From: Fimicolochytrium jonesii
Lineage: Eukaryota
Reading direction: 5' to 3'
Length of the DNA: 64,000 nucleotides
Assembly: GCF_025526975.1 (NCBI RefSeq)
Contig: NW_026515668.1
Coordinates: 992,001-1,056,000 of the forward strand
Of this stretch, positions 29,525 to 42,075 are shown piece by piece (position 1 is the stretch's first letter; each line of letters begins with the position of its first letter). A program made the position numbers and the translations under genes. The notes below the pieces were generated by a model. That model was not told the DNA's origin, did not search any database, and saw only the letters and a program-made list of their open reading frames with translations.

Positions 29525-32500
29525 ATGAGTAACCGCCGCCCTAACTCCAACCAGGATGGGGACCGCCCACAAGGCCCTAGTCCGAAAAAGCAACGATCCA
29601 TTGGATCTGGAGGCCCTGTGACATCCGGGCCTCCTCAAACTGTCTTTGGGCAATCCGCCCCCACAACCGACGCAAACGCAAACATTCTCGCCTTGCTACA
29701 CGGCTTGGATCCGAATGCACGAGAAGCCGTACAAAGGGTGCTGGCATTGCCTGAAACACAACTCAACGCATTAAGGTCGCATTTTGGAACACGCGGTGAG
29801 ACTGGGATAAACGATGGTGGTCCAGCGCACGGCGATAGGGAAATACCCGATCGCCTGGATGTGCCAGCACCTCCCATAGAGGTGTTCTCACAGGATGCGC
29901 CACTCAGAAGCAGCTTCGAAGATTCTATCGCTCAGAGCGCACTAAATGCCCTTCCTATCGTTTCCAACCTCCCGCCGCAAGCTGCTGAATCCCGTCGCTC
30001 CATTCTTCACGCTCTGTGGAACTACTTGGAACATCTGCACAACAATCCGACCGAGACGAGATCTTTTGACGTACCCGATCGCCTCAACAGCGACCCTTTT
30101 TCTGTGCATAGAAGCATCGTTTTTCACACGAGACGGAACTTTGGCCATGCTGAAGCGCGACGGATGATCGCAGATACCCAAGGGGCGATGCGAAGGCACA
30201 ACCCGAGCTGCGAAATGTGCCAGCATAGCGCGGCGGCTTGCATCTATTTCACTCTGCTGGATTGTCACCCACAACTACAGCTATACAACGCCAGCGTCTT
30301 CCAGCAGGCCCTGGCAGATCTCCCATACGATGTGCATCAGGAAGAGGCGGTCACTGCGGATCCGGACAGCCCCTTGCTGATCAACGCAGGGTATGTGTAA
30401 TCTTCATTTCGGATTAAACCTCTGGCATGCTCATTCAAGCCCGCTAAGGTAGACCTGGTACGGGAAAGACAGCTACTCTTGTTGGGCGGGTCCGTTATCT
30501 CTTGGGACACGGTACCCCGGCGCACAAGCTGATCATCATCACATTCACAAGAAACGCCGCGGAAACGCTGGTCGAGCGATGCAACACCTTGAATGATGGG
30601 GTCGTGAAGTGTTCTTTTCCTTTTGCTCGCACGATCGACTCCTTGGCACGTCTGTTCTGCGAGCTCTTTGTGCGAAGCGGGTCCCCACAATTGCTCTCCG
30701 ACACCGAATATGCGGACTTGGTTGCTTCCAAAATGTTGGGCGACGATGCTCATGAGCAGGAAAGTAAAAGATTCCTTTCGGCATTACAGACCTATTATCG
30801 CACGACCTATTGCGACCCGGAGCTGCAACCGAGACTAGCGGAGTTAAGTCAGATTCACCACACTCTGTGGGAAGAAGGGTATTGCAGCCACAGAGTTCGG
30901 CTGATATCGGCCGTCAAGAAATTGGAAAGCTCTCCAATTCTTGCCGAACACTTCAGACTTCGATACTACTTCCTGGTCGATGAGTACCAAGACGTCGATC
31001 TATGGCAAGAAGCGTTTATTATACGATTAGCGCTCGGTCAATACGCTTTCCAAGCCCCGGCGGACGTTCCAGAGCCTTGGCGAAGAATCACCGTAGTCGG
31101 AGATGACGATCAAAGCATCTATCTCTTCAGGGGCGCTGAACCTGAGATTCTTCATCGATTCCGGAGCCATTTTCCGCAGGGGAGGCGGGAGGTGACGTTG
31201 ACGTCCAATTATCGGACGCTGCAGCGTATCATTGATTTCAATGCAGGTGTGGCGGGACTTTTGAGTGCAAGGCTGAAACCACCGGACACACGGTTTATAT
31301 CGCAAGTGCCGAGTGGTGTGAGGAGATTCTCTTGCGACGTCATTGGGATGTGTATGGAGACTACGGTAAGGCAGGAACTGTCATTGAACACACGCAGGAT
31401 GAAAACACTGATCCATACTCGATTTAACAGCTTGATGAGGCTGTGAATCATACGGCGCTGACCATCTCGAGGCTCGTAGTCGGCGAAGCAGTCGATCCCT
31501 CAACCATTGGCATTTTCGCCTACCGGAATGATGAAACTGCCCGCATTTCGCAAATCATCACGGAGGAGAAGGCTTTTGATCCGAGCGCCATTCTCATATC
31601 CACCATTCACGGCGCTAAAGGCCTAGAACGCGAGCACGTCTTTGTCATTCTCGCCATCAGGAAGGGAAAAGTCTGCGCGGACGATGAGGAACGAAGGCGT
31701 GTCTACGTAGCATTAACCCGAGCCAAATTCACACTGCACGTGGTTCTCTATGGACAGTGCGGGGTCGGTTGGACGGACTTGATGTCGGGATTCTGTGGAA
31801 GCACATATGGATTTTACGAGCCGAGATGCATAGTACATAACGTGGAAGAGGAAGAGGAGCACAATAGCGATACAGACACCGGTGTTGTGGATCCCTCAGT
31901 TCGACGGCGGGAGATCATCAGTCAGGATTCAGACAGGACCACTTTGGGTGTGCCGTCCCAACAATCTTCTTTTCCACCGTCAATGCCGTCCCACCCAGGG
32001 CTTTCATCAGGCCAGGAGGCCTTCTCTTCGTACTCACCAACCCCGCAAGCTCCCGCCATTCTCTCGGTTTCATGGGATACGGGCATACCTCTCCCGACAC
32101 CTACGCATTTCCTCTCGGCAACGAAGCTGTCAAGCTACTTCGTTATGCATTGCCCGCGGTTACTACACCGAATGGCACTACCTCGGGGCGCCGGGGCGCC
32201 GGACACCAATACGGAAGACTCGGCGTTGTCCAAACTTCTGATGCAGAGTGGCGATGCATGGGAAGCACGGATCGTCAATAGCCTCGGGTCATCAGGCAAG
32301 CTTGCCTCCAGCCAACAACGGATATCCTCGGACACCGAACTCGTAACGTTATTGAAAAACGTCCCCGATGGCCATTATGTGTATGAGCCAACCATCAAGG
32401 TCTCTCCTGAAGTAAATCTCGCCATCGGTCTGCTATGGCCAGATTCTGCTGTTCACCCGAGCATCAATGTGATCAAGCCGGATTTCTTGCTTGTTAATCG

Positions 32501-35500
32501 GTATGAAGCGAAAGTCATTGTTCAAATTATTGATGCCAAGTTTAGCACAAGCACGAAATCATATCAGGTAGTGTTACTATTTCCTTCGGCAGTTTCGAAA
32601 GAAAAATATTGCGCGCAGACTAATTTGCGCCTATTCTGTATGTTGTAGAGGATACAAGTGGCGATTTATGCGCTGATTCTGGAGACACTCTTTGCGAGAG
32701 CCCATGTTTCCAATATCGCTATTCACCATCAGGGCGTCATCTGGCTTCCAGGAGCTCAGGATAGGGAGGCAATCCCTCCCCAACCCGCACCGCCGGAGGT
32801 TATGGGTGAACGAAAGCCTTTCGAACTCCGTGGTGTCATCGCGGGTCTTCAGGCGTTCCTACAGAACAAGTTACCTTACATACTCTCGAATCGAGGAGAA
32901 CAAGATTTCCACATCGCGCTGGAGTGTCGAAAATGTGCTCATCTACAGGGATGCATGAGCGAAGCGGCAGCGAAAAACGACGTTTCCTTGGTTCCGGCTA
33001 TAGGCCGCGAACAGAAGAGCAGACTCGCTGCAGAAGGGATTCGTGATATTGAATCGTTGTGCACCGGAAAAGGCAACCATATACTTGACAACGCAGACAT
33101 CAGGGTTGGTGCTTGCAAGCGAACTGTGATGCACACGAACATTTCTCACTCGGAATTGCTTTGTAGGCTCGCTCCGTGCAGTTAAGACGACCAGTGCTTT
33201 TGGGACGCCCGTCTCTCCGTGTCCCGAAATCCGAAAGCCAAACGCTCATTTTGACTTTACGACAAGACCCGCTGACACGGAAAGTTTGCATGTTCGGATT
33301 TGTGCATTACATCGACAATGTAAAGCAGATTCAGCGAGGATATGTCGAAGACACCACCGCAAATGTACAGAGCTTTATAGGACGCGTCGGGCATATCATG
33401 CTGGGTACCTCTCAAAACAAGAATAGCTTGCAAATCTGGGTGGGAGAGCGGAGCGAACTCAGGATATTGGGGGACCTCCTCATCTCCGTTCTGTCAGAAC
33501 CGAATCTGGATCGGAACGTCCGGAAAGCGACAGAGGCAGTCTTACGAGGTTCTATAGTCAATGCTGCAGTTGCCGCGTCGCTAGATCGGCACTCTGATCC
33601 TACTCTGGCGCCCTGCGCATTAAGCATCGTAAGCGAGGTGCAGGCTGTCATTGCACTGCCTATTGCTTCCACCACTGTTCGACAACTTGCCAGAATCTTT
33701 GAACGGCCGGCTCAGGATGACTGGTCATCTACTGCTGCAATCTTCGCTGATGGCGATGAGGACGACATTTTTTTGGAACTACACAGGGCCCGTGCTCATT
33801 TGCTATTGAAAGATCCCGACTTTCTGGATTTGATGAAGGCGAAGATCCAACGCCAACTGGATGATTCGCGCATGGTTCTGCTAAGGTTCCGGGAATGGAC
33901 TGCAGGTTGGCTGAAGTGCGAACCTCGTCCTTTCAAATTCGCGGAAAAGCTTCGAATCAAGAATCCTATTTTGTCTCAGCTCGCTTACTTGCGACTTGTG
34001 GAAGCCGTGGATGCTTGCGAACAGCTGGCCTTCGACAGAATTGCCGATCCGGTCCCGATGATCATTGTACCAATTGAAAGCATTAAGGACACAAGAGTCT
34101 TTAAGTTTAAAAGCGCCGGAGACGTCGCCCACGAGCGAATCTCACACGAGACCGCCAATATTTTTAACCAGTATCTCATATGCCGAGAGGACGCCAGAAA
34201 TGAGATGGGGAAAATCCGGGATCTCGAAATTCTGGAACTAGTAAGTCCTGCGCAGTTCAACATGGCACACCGGCATTCGCCGGTGCGAGCTGCGATGGTC
34301 CAGCTTTCAGACAACACAGATGGCTCGCTCCTCATCGACTTCGCAACGAACGTCGGCGACTTCATTCGATGTGATAACGTTTCCCGGTATGTTGCTTTCC
34401 CGCGATACATGAACGCAACGCTCCGGAAGGGGATTTCGCACTTGAAGACTGTGGACGAGCAGTTCAACAAATTGACCCAGATTGGAAGGAACCCGGTCGA
34501 GCCGCTGGTTTGTAAACTGATCAAAGGGGAAGCTATCGTTTCACGCCCCGCCGATTTCAATCGTTGGTGGCCGCTGGATGCCGACAATAGCTTGCATACA
34601 GGGGACGCGAAGCGATTTCCTCTCTCCCCGCACCACCGCTCCATCATTCAAGCAATCGAAAACAACCCCGTACAACTCATAGTCGGCCCTCCCGGCACTG
34701 GCAAAAGCTTCTTTCTTGCTGCACTGTTGCTTGCTCGTCTACATACTGCCCGCACCGGTAATCACTCTCGCAACCAGATTCTGCTCCTCACCGCTTGGAC
34801 ACACAGCGCTGTCGATACCGTCATTGAAAAAATGATGGAGCATACCACGAGCTATATAGACCGCAAACAAATCGTGCGGTTGTCGGACAAGCCGAATCCG
34901 GACAACCCGCATATCACGTACACATCGCCAAAATCCTCTCATTTGCAAAATGTAATCAAGGACTTGAAACATGTTGTCATCTGTGGAACTATTTGGCAAC
35001 TAGCAAAAGTCAAAGAAGTCTTGCCCTCCGTCACTCAAGCCGACCGCATGCTTTGCATTGAGGAATGCTCTCTGATGCCTATCATTGAGACATCCGTCGC
35101 TCTGTCGCTCATGGTTCCCAACCCACCTAGAGGATCAATTGTTATGATCGGGGATCACCTTCAAATCGGCACGCTGAATAAGGGACAGGGAGGACCTGAC
35201 GATGAGAGGAATGATTTGAATGACTCGCTTTTCAATCGGTTGGTCAACGCCAATCAACCCCGGCCAGTGAGTCTGGTGGCCACTTGGCGATTGAATAAGG
35301 TTGCAGCGAGTATTTTGCGGCGGTTCGTCGGCTACAACGGGTATGCTCCAGCCAATTTGGAAGTCGGCCGACAAAATCTCGGGCAACTCCTCGACACGGT
35401 GCAAGCGCGCGCTGAGGTTGCGAACTACGCGCTGTCAAAACTCTTACACTCGGTCTTTGATCCTGCAAAACCGATTGTCCTCATTGTTCTGAGGTGGGAA

Positions 35501-36069
35501 TGCTGTTCATCTCCTTATTCATCATGTATGCTACTGACATTTAAGTCTCCAGGGATAGTGAAAAAAGCGGAATACTACCGCATATAGAAATAATGCTAGC
35601 AACCTATTTGACGGAACAGCTTCATATGTTCACACGTTCAGGCGATCGTCCGCTTGACATCCTGCACATGGTAACCCACCATCGGAAGCGGATCCTTTTA
35701 CAACTCGCCCTATCGCAGTACTGCAACTTCCCACACCAACCAGTTGTTACGATTCACAAAAGCCAAGGAAAGGAATCAGATGTCGGCATAATTCTATACG
35801 CAACCGCCAGCGAGTACGACACGACGGCTGAGGCGCAATATCTATACGACCGGACGTTGATGAACGTCGCGCTTAGTCGGGCAAGGCGAAAGACGGTGAT
35901 GATCGTGTCCGATTCGCTGTTACAATGTTTGACGGTAGTGGGCAACGACAACGCCATAGAAGGCTTTCAGCTGCTACATGGTCTGTCACGAGAGACGCAG
36001 ATGCGGCGTACGCACGTCGAAGTCGAATCGAAAGTGCTGGAAGAGCTATTTGCCAATGGCCTCCCGTAA
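29525..36069 (+). CDS. About 2071-aa fusion: UvrD/PcrA-type SF1A helicase + PD-(D/E)XK Cas4/RecB/TM0106-like nuclease + DNA2/UPF1-type SF1B helicase; introns 30391-30452, 31366-31430, 32568-32648, 33105-33166, 35494-35552
   Basis: All five GT-AG introns join the ORFs in frame. UvrD motifs: NAGPGTGKT, ITFTRNAA, LVDEYQD, VVGDDDQSIYLFRGA, LTSNYRT, STIHGAKGLE, EERRRVYVALTRAK. Nuclease: LSATKLSSYFVMHCPR, IKPDFL, IIDAK, QVAIYALIL, CRKCAHLQGC. SF1B motifs: VGPPGTGKS, LTAWTHSAVD, IEECS, IGDHLQ, TWRLN, TIHKSQGKESD, MNVALSRAR. Confidence 0.88.
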
Positions 36070-36181
36070 CTTTTTACACAGCCACATATACCCCAGTAAC
36101 AGTATTTCTTTGAGACATCTAATGAAGGAGTTTCTGCCTAACAGCAGCACATTAAGCTTGCTCAGGCAGAAGTGTCGGTAA

Positions 36182-36239
36182 AATTCTATACGCAACCGCC
36201 AGCGAGTACGACACGAGACAGACCATGTAGCAGCTGAAA
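36182..36239. repeat. Templated filler: 36182-36216 is a direct copy of 35790-35824; 36217-36239 is an inverted copy of 35965-35987
   Basis: Exact matches by inspection to the last exon of the upstream helicase gene. Confidence 0.9.
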
Positions 36240-36240
36240 A

Positions 36241-36362
36241 TATGGGGAGCCATCCGGGTCATAAATACCCGCTGCGAAATTTTTGGGTCGGAGCGCGCGT
36301 CCCCACATCTTTTTCGAGAAGTGCAGGATTCCGAAACTTTTTTTGAACGTTTTGACAGTGAC
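36241..36362 (+). repeat. Left terminal inverted repeat
   Basis: tatggggagc...gggtcataaa...; 36305-36345 is a perfect 41-bp inverted match to 58014-58054. Confidence 0.92.
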
Positions 36363-36405
36363 TGACAGCGGGGCTGGACATGAGAACACGGACCGAGGTG
36401 GGCGC

Positions 36406-36439
36406 TTACGTAAGAGTTTTCTGGGAAACTCTTACGTAA
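36406..36439. promoter_or_regulatory. 34-bp palindromic site 1 (14-bp perfect arms, 6-bp spacer)
   Basis: ttacgtaagagttt-tctggg-aaactcttacgtaa. Confidence 0.8.
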
Positions 36440-36588
36440 TACATTGAACAACCTGATAACCCCACCAAAGCACACTATTCGCACTTTTTCCTGACCTTCC
36501 CTCCCGGTCGCAAAATGTGTAAATACATGCCATCCAATTCCATAGAAAAGAAAGGCTATGGAACAGAGTACACAAACAACTTGCCAAG

Positions 36589-39578
36589 CTATGGAATCTG
36601 GAACCCTCCATCTCTGCATAGCCACACTGCATACCACAAGCGATCCGCTAGGTGGTCCGCATCTCCGAAACCTAGATGCAGCTCCAACGTGTCACTGCAA
36701 GTACGAGACGAAGGCAAATGATCCCCTTCATGCTGAGCGATATCCACAACTATCCTGTCCTTCAGCGGCAGTGCACGGCTTGACGTCCAGAAGAACAGCA
36801 GGTCCCGCAGAGACATGCCCCTTCTAGGTGCAGTGAGCGCCATGCGAAACCATCCCTTCACTAGTTCTGTCTTTTCCTCTTTACGGCGATCAACAATGGG
36901 AGGCAAATACACAATCTTCTGGAACAGCTGGTCGACATCCAGACGCCAATTGAATAGATGAAACAATACCGCGCATGGCGTGCCAGAGACGAAGTCGCCG
37001 ACCGAAGCGATCCCTTCCTTGTTCTGATGGGTGGCTGGGCGACAACAGGTGTACAAGACATGTTTGGTTAGATCTTGAGCAAAAGCGACGGGCTTGTCCG
37101 ATTCCGCTTCAATGGGGTAACCAAAATGCTGGCACAACGTGGTGACTCTGGAGGTATGGCAAGGGGGGGGGGGAGGGGGGGAGAGGAGTCGTTCATGTCA
37201 ATACACCACGACCACAAGAAGGAAAAGGAAAGATACAGAATAGCAGCGGGCAACGCACTCTTCCTCGACTTTTGCTGTCTTTTGTGCAGGAGTCAACGCG
37301 GGGCCTGAGTCGATCGCCATGTCGTCCATCCGGTAGTCCGTAAGAACCTTCACAACCCATCCAAGGGATCGGTTGAAACGTGATATCATCTTCGGTGATA
37401 TAAACCGGCAGGACATTTCATTTTCCGGATGACAGAGAACATTGATCAGGATGGGTGAGAGGGTCTCTGGAAACACATTGCCGTGCAATGCAGAGTGAGC
37501 CAACAATCGCCCGAACCCCCTGAAGTCCAGGTTTGCTGCCGGGATGCCGGACACCGGAAGGAAGCACTGTGCACCTTCCCAGTGAGGGTCGCTTTCTACA
37601 GTGAAAGTCTTGATGGCAATCTGGAAAGCTTCCTTGGTGAGACCGCCCCCGATGTGAAACCCCGCATCCACGCCGTCCTCGCCCACGAAATTGAACGATG
37701 ACTTAAACGTGGCGTTCTTTACGCCCGCGCACCAGGCCCAGACGGCATCCGCCACTGAATTCTTTATTCGACCATTCGGGAGCGTTACCAATTCACTATG
37801 AGTTACTATAAAGTGTTGAAAAATGGCACTTGTCAGTTCGACTCCACCCAAAGGACAGCGAAGACCCATTCTGATTACGCACTGTTAACCGTCATGTCCA
37901 CATCCCTGTCTTTGTTCAACCCATTGAGACGGTCACAGAAATGATTATACAAATCCTGATAAGACCAAGGGTCCTGTCCAGGCAGACATTGCATGCAACG
38001 ACCTTCGTCGCTGAGGTCCTTGGCGGTTGACTCTGCGATGCTCCCAGAAAACAGGTCTTCTGCATCACGCGTATGGTAGAAAGGGAAACGGGTCTTGTCT
38101 CGGGTGGAGGGCACTGCGGGCGCGCCGCTACTGGGTTCACGGGCCAGCAGTTCATTTGGTTTCGGCGTCGGTAAGATCAGATCATAAGATTCAGGCGTCT
38201 TAACGTACTTCGAGGCGTCGGCAGGGAGGGATGGCTGTGTGACCCGTCGCTTGGTCTGCAATCTTGTCCCATACGTGTGGCGCATGCCGGCACTGCCAGC
38301 AAATCCACCGAAGACGGACTGTGTATCCTGGACGGTGCCGCTGGACGTCGCTGGCACACTCCTTTGTTCCACCGTGTTGGGACACCGAGCATATGCCTCT
38401 GAAATGCGCTGTTGCGCTAGGTCGATGACAGCGAGTGACACCTCGTTAGGAAAGTGCCCCCGGGCGAACCCCATGCCTGGAAAGCATAACCAATTCTGGT
38501 AAGCCATTGCAACTGCGTGTGCACCGCCGTCATCTACACATCTTGCGCCGTTCCCGACATCCATCAGGTCCTGAAGAAACTGGAGAGCGCCCTCTCTTCC
38601 CTTCTTGTAAAAACGCAAATCTTTGTCTGTCTTGTCGTAGTAGCCGGTTTGCTCCTTAAGAAACATGCTTAAACACTGGTCGACCGGTAGTCTCTCGAAG
38701 GGCCTTGCGTTCTCCTCCGCTATCTTTCGTCTGACTTCCTCCAAGGTTGGAGGCGATGGGATTAAAAATGCATCATCAGGAGGTGAAGACAAACAAGCAG
38801 GCACGAGATGAGCTAGTTTTGGGAAAGCATCATCCGGAGGTGAAGGTGAACGAGCAGGCACATAAAGAGGTATGTTTGGGAATGCCAGACCTGGAGGTGA
38901 AGGCGAAGGAGCAGGCACGATATCTCCAGCTAACGGCGGAGCTCCCGGTTAGGCGATTCCCGTAGGTAGGCCAGGTGGGGGTTTCCTAGGGGAGATGTTC
39001 CATGTGCCACTTTTCGGCCCACGCAGGGCTTCAGACGTCTCCGTTTCGTCCTCTGGCAATCCCCCCTTTCCCTTTTCATATATGGCCCCAGCCCTGCTGC
39101 GGCCCACGGCGGGGATAATGCCTTGCATCATGTTAGTGAAGTCAGCCGTCTCACCATCCGAGTCCGACTCAATGGGAGGCCCCATGGCAGCGCTCTTGAC
39201 AGGATCAGACTGAATGTTGTTGTCTGGAGGGGGGGCACCGAAGTATCAGTAGAGGGGCGGGAGAGTGTATTTTGAGTACAGCGACATACAGTGCATAATC
39301 TCAAAGGCTTCCGGAATCTTCTTTGTCCGAAGGGATTTCTTATCGTGAAGAATGGCATCCCGGATCTCCATATGGATGAAGGCGTACTGGAACGCCTCTC
39401 GATCGCCCCACACGGAGCAATGGGGTTGAACCCAAATCCCTTTGTCTATCTTCTTCGCATATTCCCAGAAAATGTCCCACTTAACATCGTTTGGCTGCCA
39501 GCCGAGCGGACTGATATTCTGATGCCTGCGTTGTGAGAATTCCAATGCCCAAGGGGAATCTGGAAGATGGCGAAACAC
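36589..39578 (-). pseudogene. HECT-domain E3 ubiquitin ligase (transposon cargo); introns 37148-37258, 37806-37882 and about 39224-39290; one in-frame TAA at 38949-38951; 5' end unresolved
   Basis: N-lobe FVGEDGVDAG...GGLTKEAF...FRGFGRLLAHSALHG..FPETLSP; C-lobe LLFFWTSSRALP...LPSSRTCSDTLEL...GGF with the catalytic Cys. Introns restore the frame. Confidence 0.8.
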
Positions 39579-39800
39579 TGCACTGGTAGCGCCGTATATC
39601 TCGTTGTGTCCCCATCCCTTGCCTTCCGCTTTTTGGCTTTCGGTCGCCCCTTCTCGTCCCTGCTCAATGTCAAGCCAATGTCAAAGTAAGCAGGTGAAAG
39701 GAAAGCTAGGCCCGCACATGTCTCCAGAGACATTAAAGTTCATACGCTGAAGGGTTGTGGTCCACATGCGGTGCTCTTTTGGTGTGCCACGTGTTCGTTA

Positions 39801-40562
39801 CTACCGCCACTCGGTCTGGCTGATGCTTAGGCTCCCACATCGTTTTCCCTGAAGACTTATGACAACTGCTTCTCCACAATACGGTGGAGTGGGACTTTCC
39901 GTAAAATCCAAATTTGGGTGAGGAGCGTAGGACACCGGAGTACTGGCAGGCGTTGGTGGCAACGCCAGACCTGCGTGACTGGGTCGTGGTCCGTGGTTTG
40001 TCGCGTATTGCTGAAGCTCGGAGATGCGAGGAGTCAAAAGCATGGGCAAAAGCCCACTCAACGGCGTTTCTATGCCTCCCATAGCTCTTGGGGGACGGGT
40101 TGAGGTCGGACTAGCGTAGTGATCTGTGGAATCCACGTGTCCAGTGGGCCGAAAGCCCGCTTGGCTTTTTGCCTGAGCCAATGCCTGGACTTGAGCGGCG
40201 TAAAGGGGTCCGGTCGTCCTCATGGCAGCTTGGAGTTCCGCAATGGTGAAAGGTAAAGCAGCCGCCATCGCCGGCCCTAGCGGTGGGCGTTGCTTCAATA
40301 CCTCGAGCCATACTTCGACGGGGAATGGGTTTACACCAGCTTTGCAGTTTTCGAGCGCTGAGTCGCCATTGTCGACGAGGATGACCCCGGCGCAAACCTG
40401 GACGTCTTTTTCGGTCAGTGGCATCGCGGTACCGGATGCAGTAAAAATATATGGCAGGTATCGAAAACGGCACCGTTTGTGATGCCGAAAAAGGACCTCA
40501 TCGAAAAAGTGGAAGTTGAGGTGAAAGAAAAGGATCGCACACGTGATATCGATTATCCACAT
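39801..40562 (-). CDS. Hypothetical ORF, possibly 5' exon(s) of the HECT gene
   Basis: 253-aa ORF on the same strand directly upstream of the HECT exons; no family recognised. Confidence 0.35.
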   Translation of the reverse strand: MWIIDITCAILFFHLNFHFFDEVLFRHHKRCRFRYLPYIFTASGTAMPLTEKDVQVCAGVILVDNGDSALENCKAGVNPFPVEVWLEVLKQRPPLGPAMAAALPFTIAELQAAMRTTGPLYAAQVQALAQAKSQAGFRPTGHVDSTDHYASPTSTRPPRAMGGIETPLSGLLPMLLTPRISELQQYATNHGPRPSHAGLALPPTPASTPVSYAPHPNLDFTESPTPPYCGEAVVISLQGKRCGSLSISQTEWR

Positions 40563-40673
40563 ATTGCGACGGGTCCTCTCCTAATATGGTCCTAAGTAAA
40601 GGATTGTTACGGGAAAGTAGAGCATGCACACACAGCAGTCGAGGGCCCGGGCAAGCGGGAATTCAGAGTCCTC

Positions 40674-41200
40674 ATGAAGAGACGGAGACACGAAGGCTTG
40701 CGTTATATGTCCGATGTGCACCCTGAGGGTGGTGGCTCACCGTCGGCGTCGAAAACTTCCGCCCTTCACTTTGGAGGCATACCAGGTGACCCTCGGGAGC
40801 GAGAGACCTACCTAGCAGAGGGACAACGGTCGGAGTTGGAGGAGGAGCGCAATTCGCTGCCACCGATGTACATTCAAGACAACAGACACAGGCGCCAACG
40901 ATTTCAGAAGCGGCGTAAAAATATCCTGAAGAAGGTGCGTCCTGGCCACTCTGTAAGGGGGACGGAACGCCAGTTTAATGACCAGACTTTGTGGAGCAGG
41001 TCCGCGAATTGGAGGAAATGACTGGTGCGCACGTATGGACAGTGTTGGTCAGCGAAGATGGGGTTAAGATCGATGTTCATGCGTTGTCCGCTTTCGAGAT
41101 AATGAACGATGACACCACCCGGTCGTGTTTACTGCAACTCGTTCACAAGAGGCTACGATGGAAGCAACGGGACGTTGCTCACAGCACTGCGAGGGCGTAG
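40674..41200 (+). CDS. Divergent SRF/Mcm1-type MADS-box protein (transposon cargo); intron 40935-40999
   Basis: Spliced YIQDNRHRRQRFQKRRKNILKK|VRELEEMTGAHVWTVLVSEDG aligns by eye to the MADS consensus FIENKTRRHVTFSKRKHGIMKKAFELSVLTGTQVLLLVVSETG. Confidence 0.78.
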
Positions 41201-42075
41201 GGAGTTCCGTTACATCCATAGCACATGGTAAACGGTAACGGCCTGCCGAAACACAGACAGGCGAGAGCTGAAGCCGGTGGGAGCCATTGTCATGCTAGAA
41301 AGCAGCACAGATCACTAGTCGTACTCGGCCCCGCTCCGTCATACGCAATGGCCGTAAGATCACACCTGAGGAAGCCTGTGGCCACCGTCCCGGTTCAGAC
41401 AAAGAACTATCCGATTCGGTTGTACATAGGACGAAGCAATTTTTTTTGGGTGCGCTGGCATCCCAGTTCTTAAATTCATCGGCGTCCGCAAAGGGCAGAT
41501 GTTAAATATGTGTTGCAAGTTATCATGTAAAACCAGTTCGTACAAAGTGTGTGAACAGAGCTTTTCAAGTAACAGTACCAAAGCGAATCCGGGTCACAAA
41601 TTGAGTGGCTAGCATTCGAACAGCCCCTCCTTGCAAAAAGGAATGGGGCGGATATGTACCAGAATTTGCCATTTCGCTAAGAGATCTCTTTTGTTTACGT
41701 ACAGAAGCGCATGCTCGCAGGATACCTAATATATGTGAACCCCAACTGCCTAACTACGTGGTACTGCCTAAACTGGCGGAAACAGCTGCCTACATTGTTG
41801 GTAAGCATAAGCGTGATTTCCATCATGTGGATATTTCAAGACTGCGGATAATGAATTCAGCCGATAACTTTCTCGAGACGTTCTCAGGTACGCGGCGTGC
41901 CCAGCGTGAAGGGGTTGATGCCCCACTGTGGGAGATCGCGAATGTTTCAGCTACTTAGCGCTGCTATGTCGCTTGACGCTATTGTAAAAATTTGACTTGC
42001 TGAGAGCCTTGCTAATGTGAAGCAATGCATTTGCGTCTGCCGCCGGGAAGTCCGTAATACGGCCCCGCACCTTGG

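Noticed and set aside
29525..36069. Canonical SRS2 or DNA2 ortholog
   Set aside because: Domain order and the compact UvrD module fit neither gene, so no symbol was assigned.
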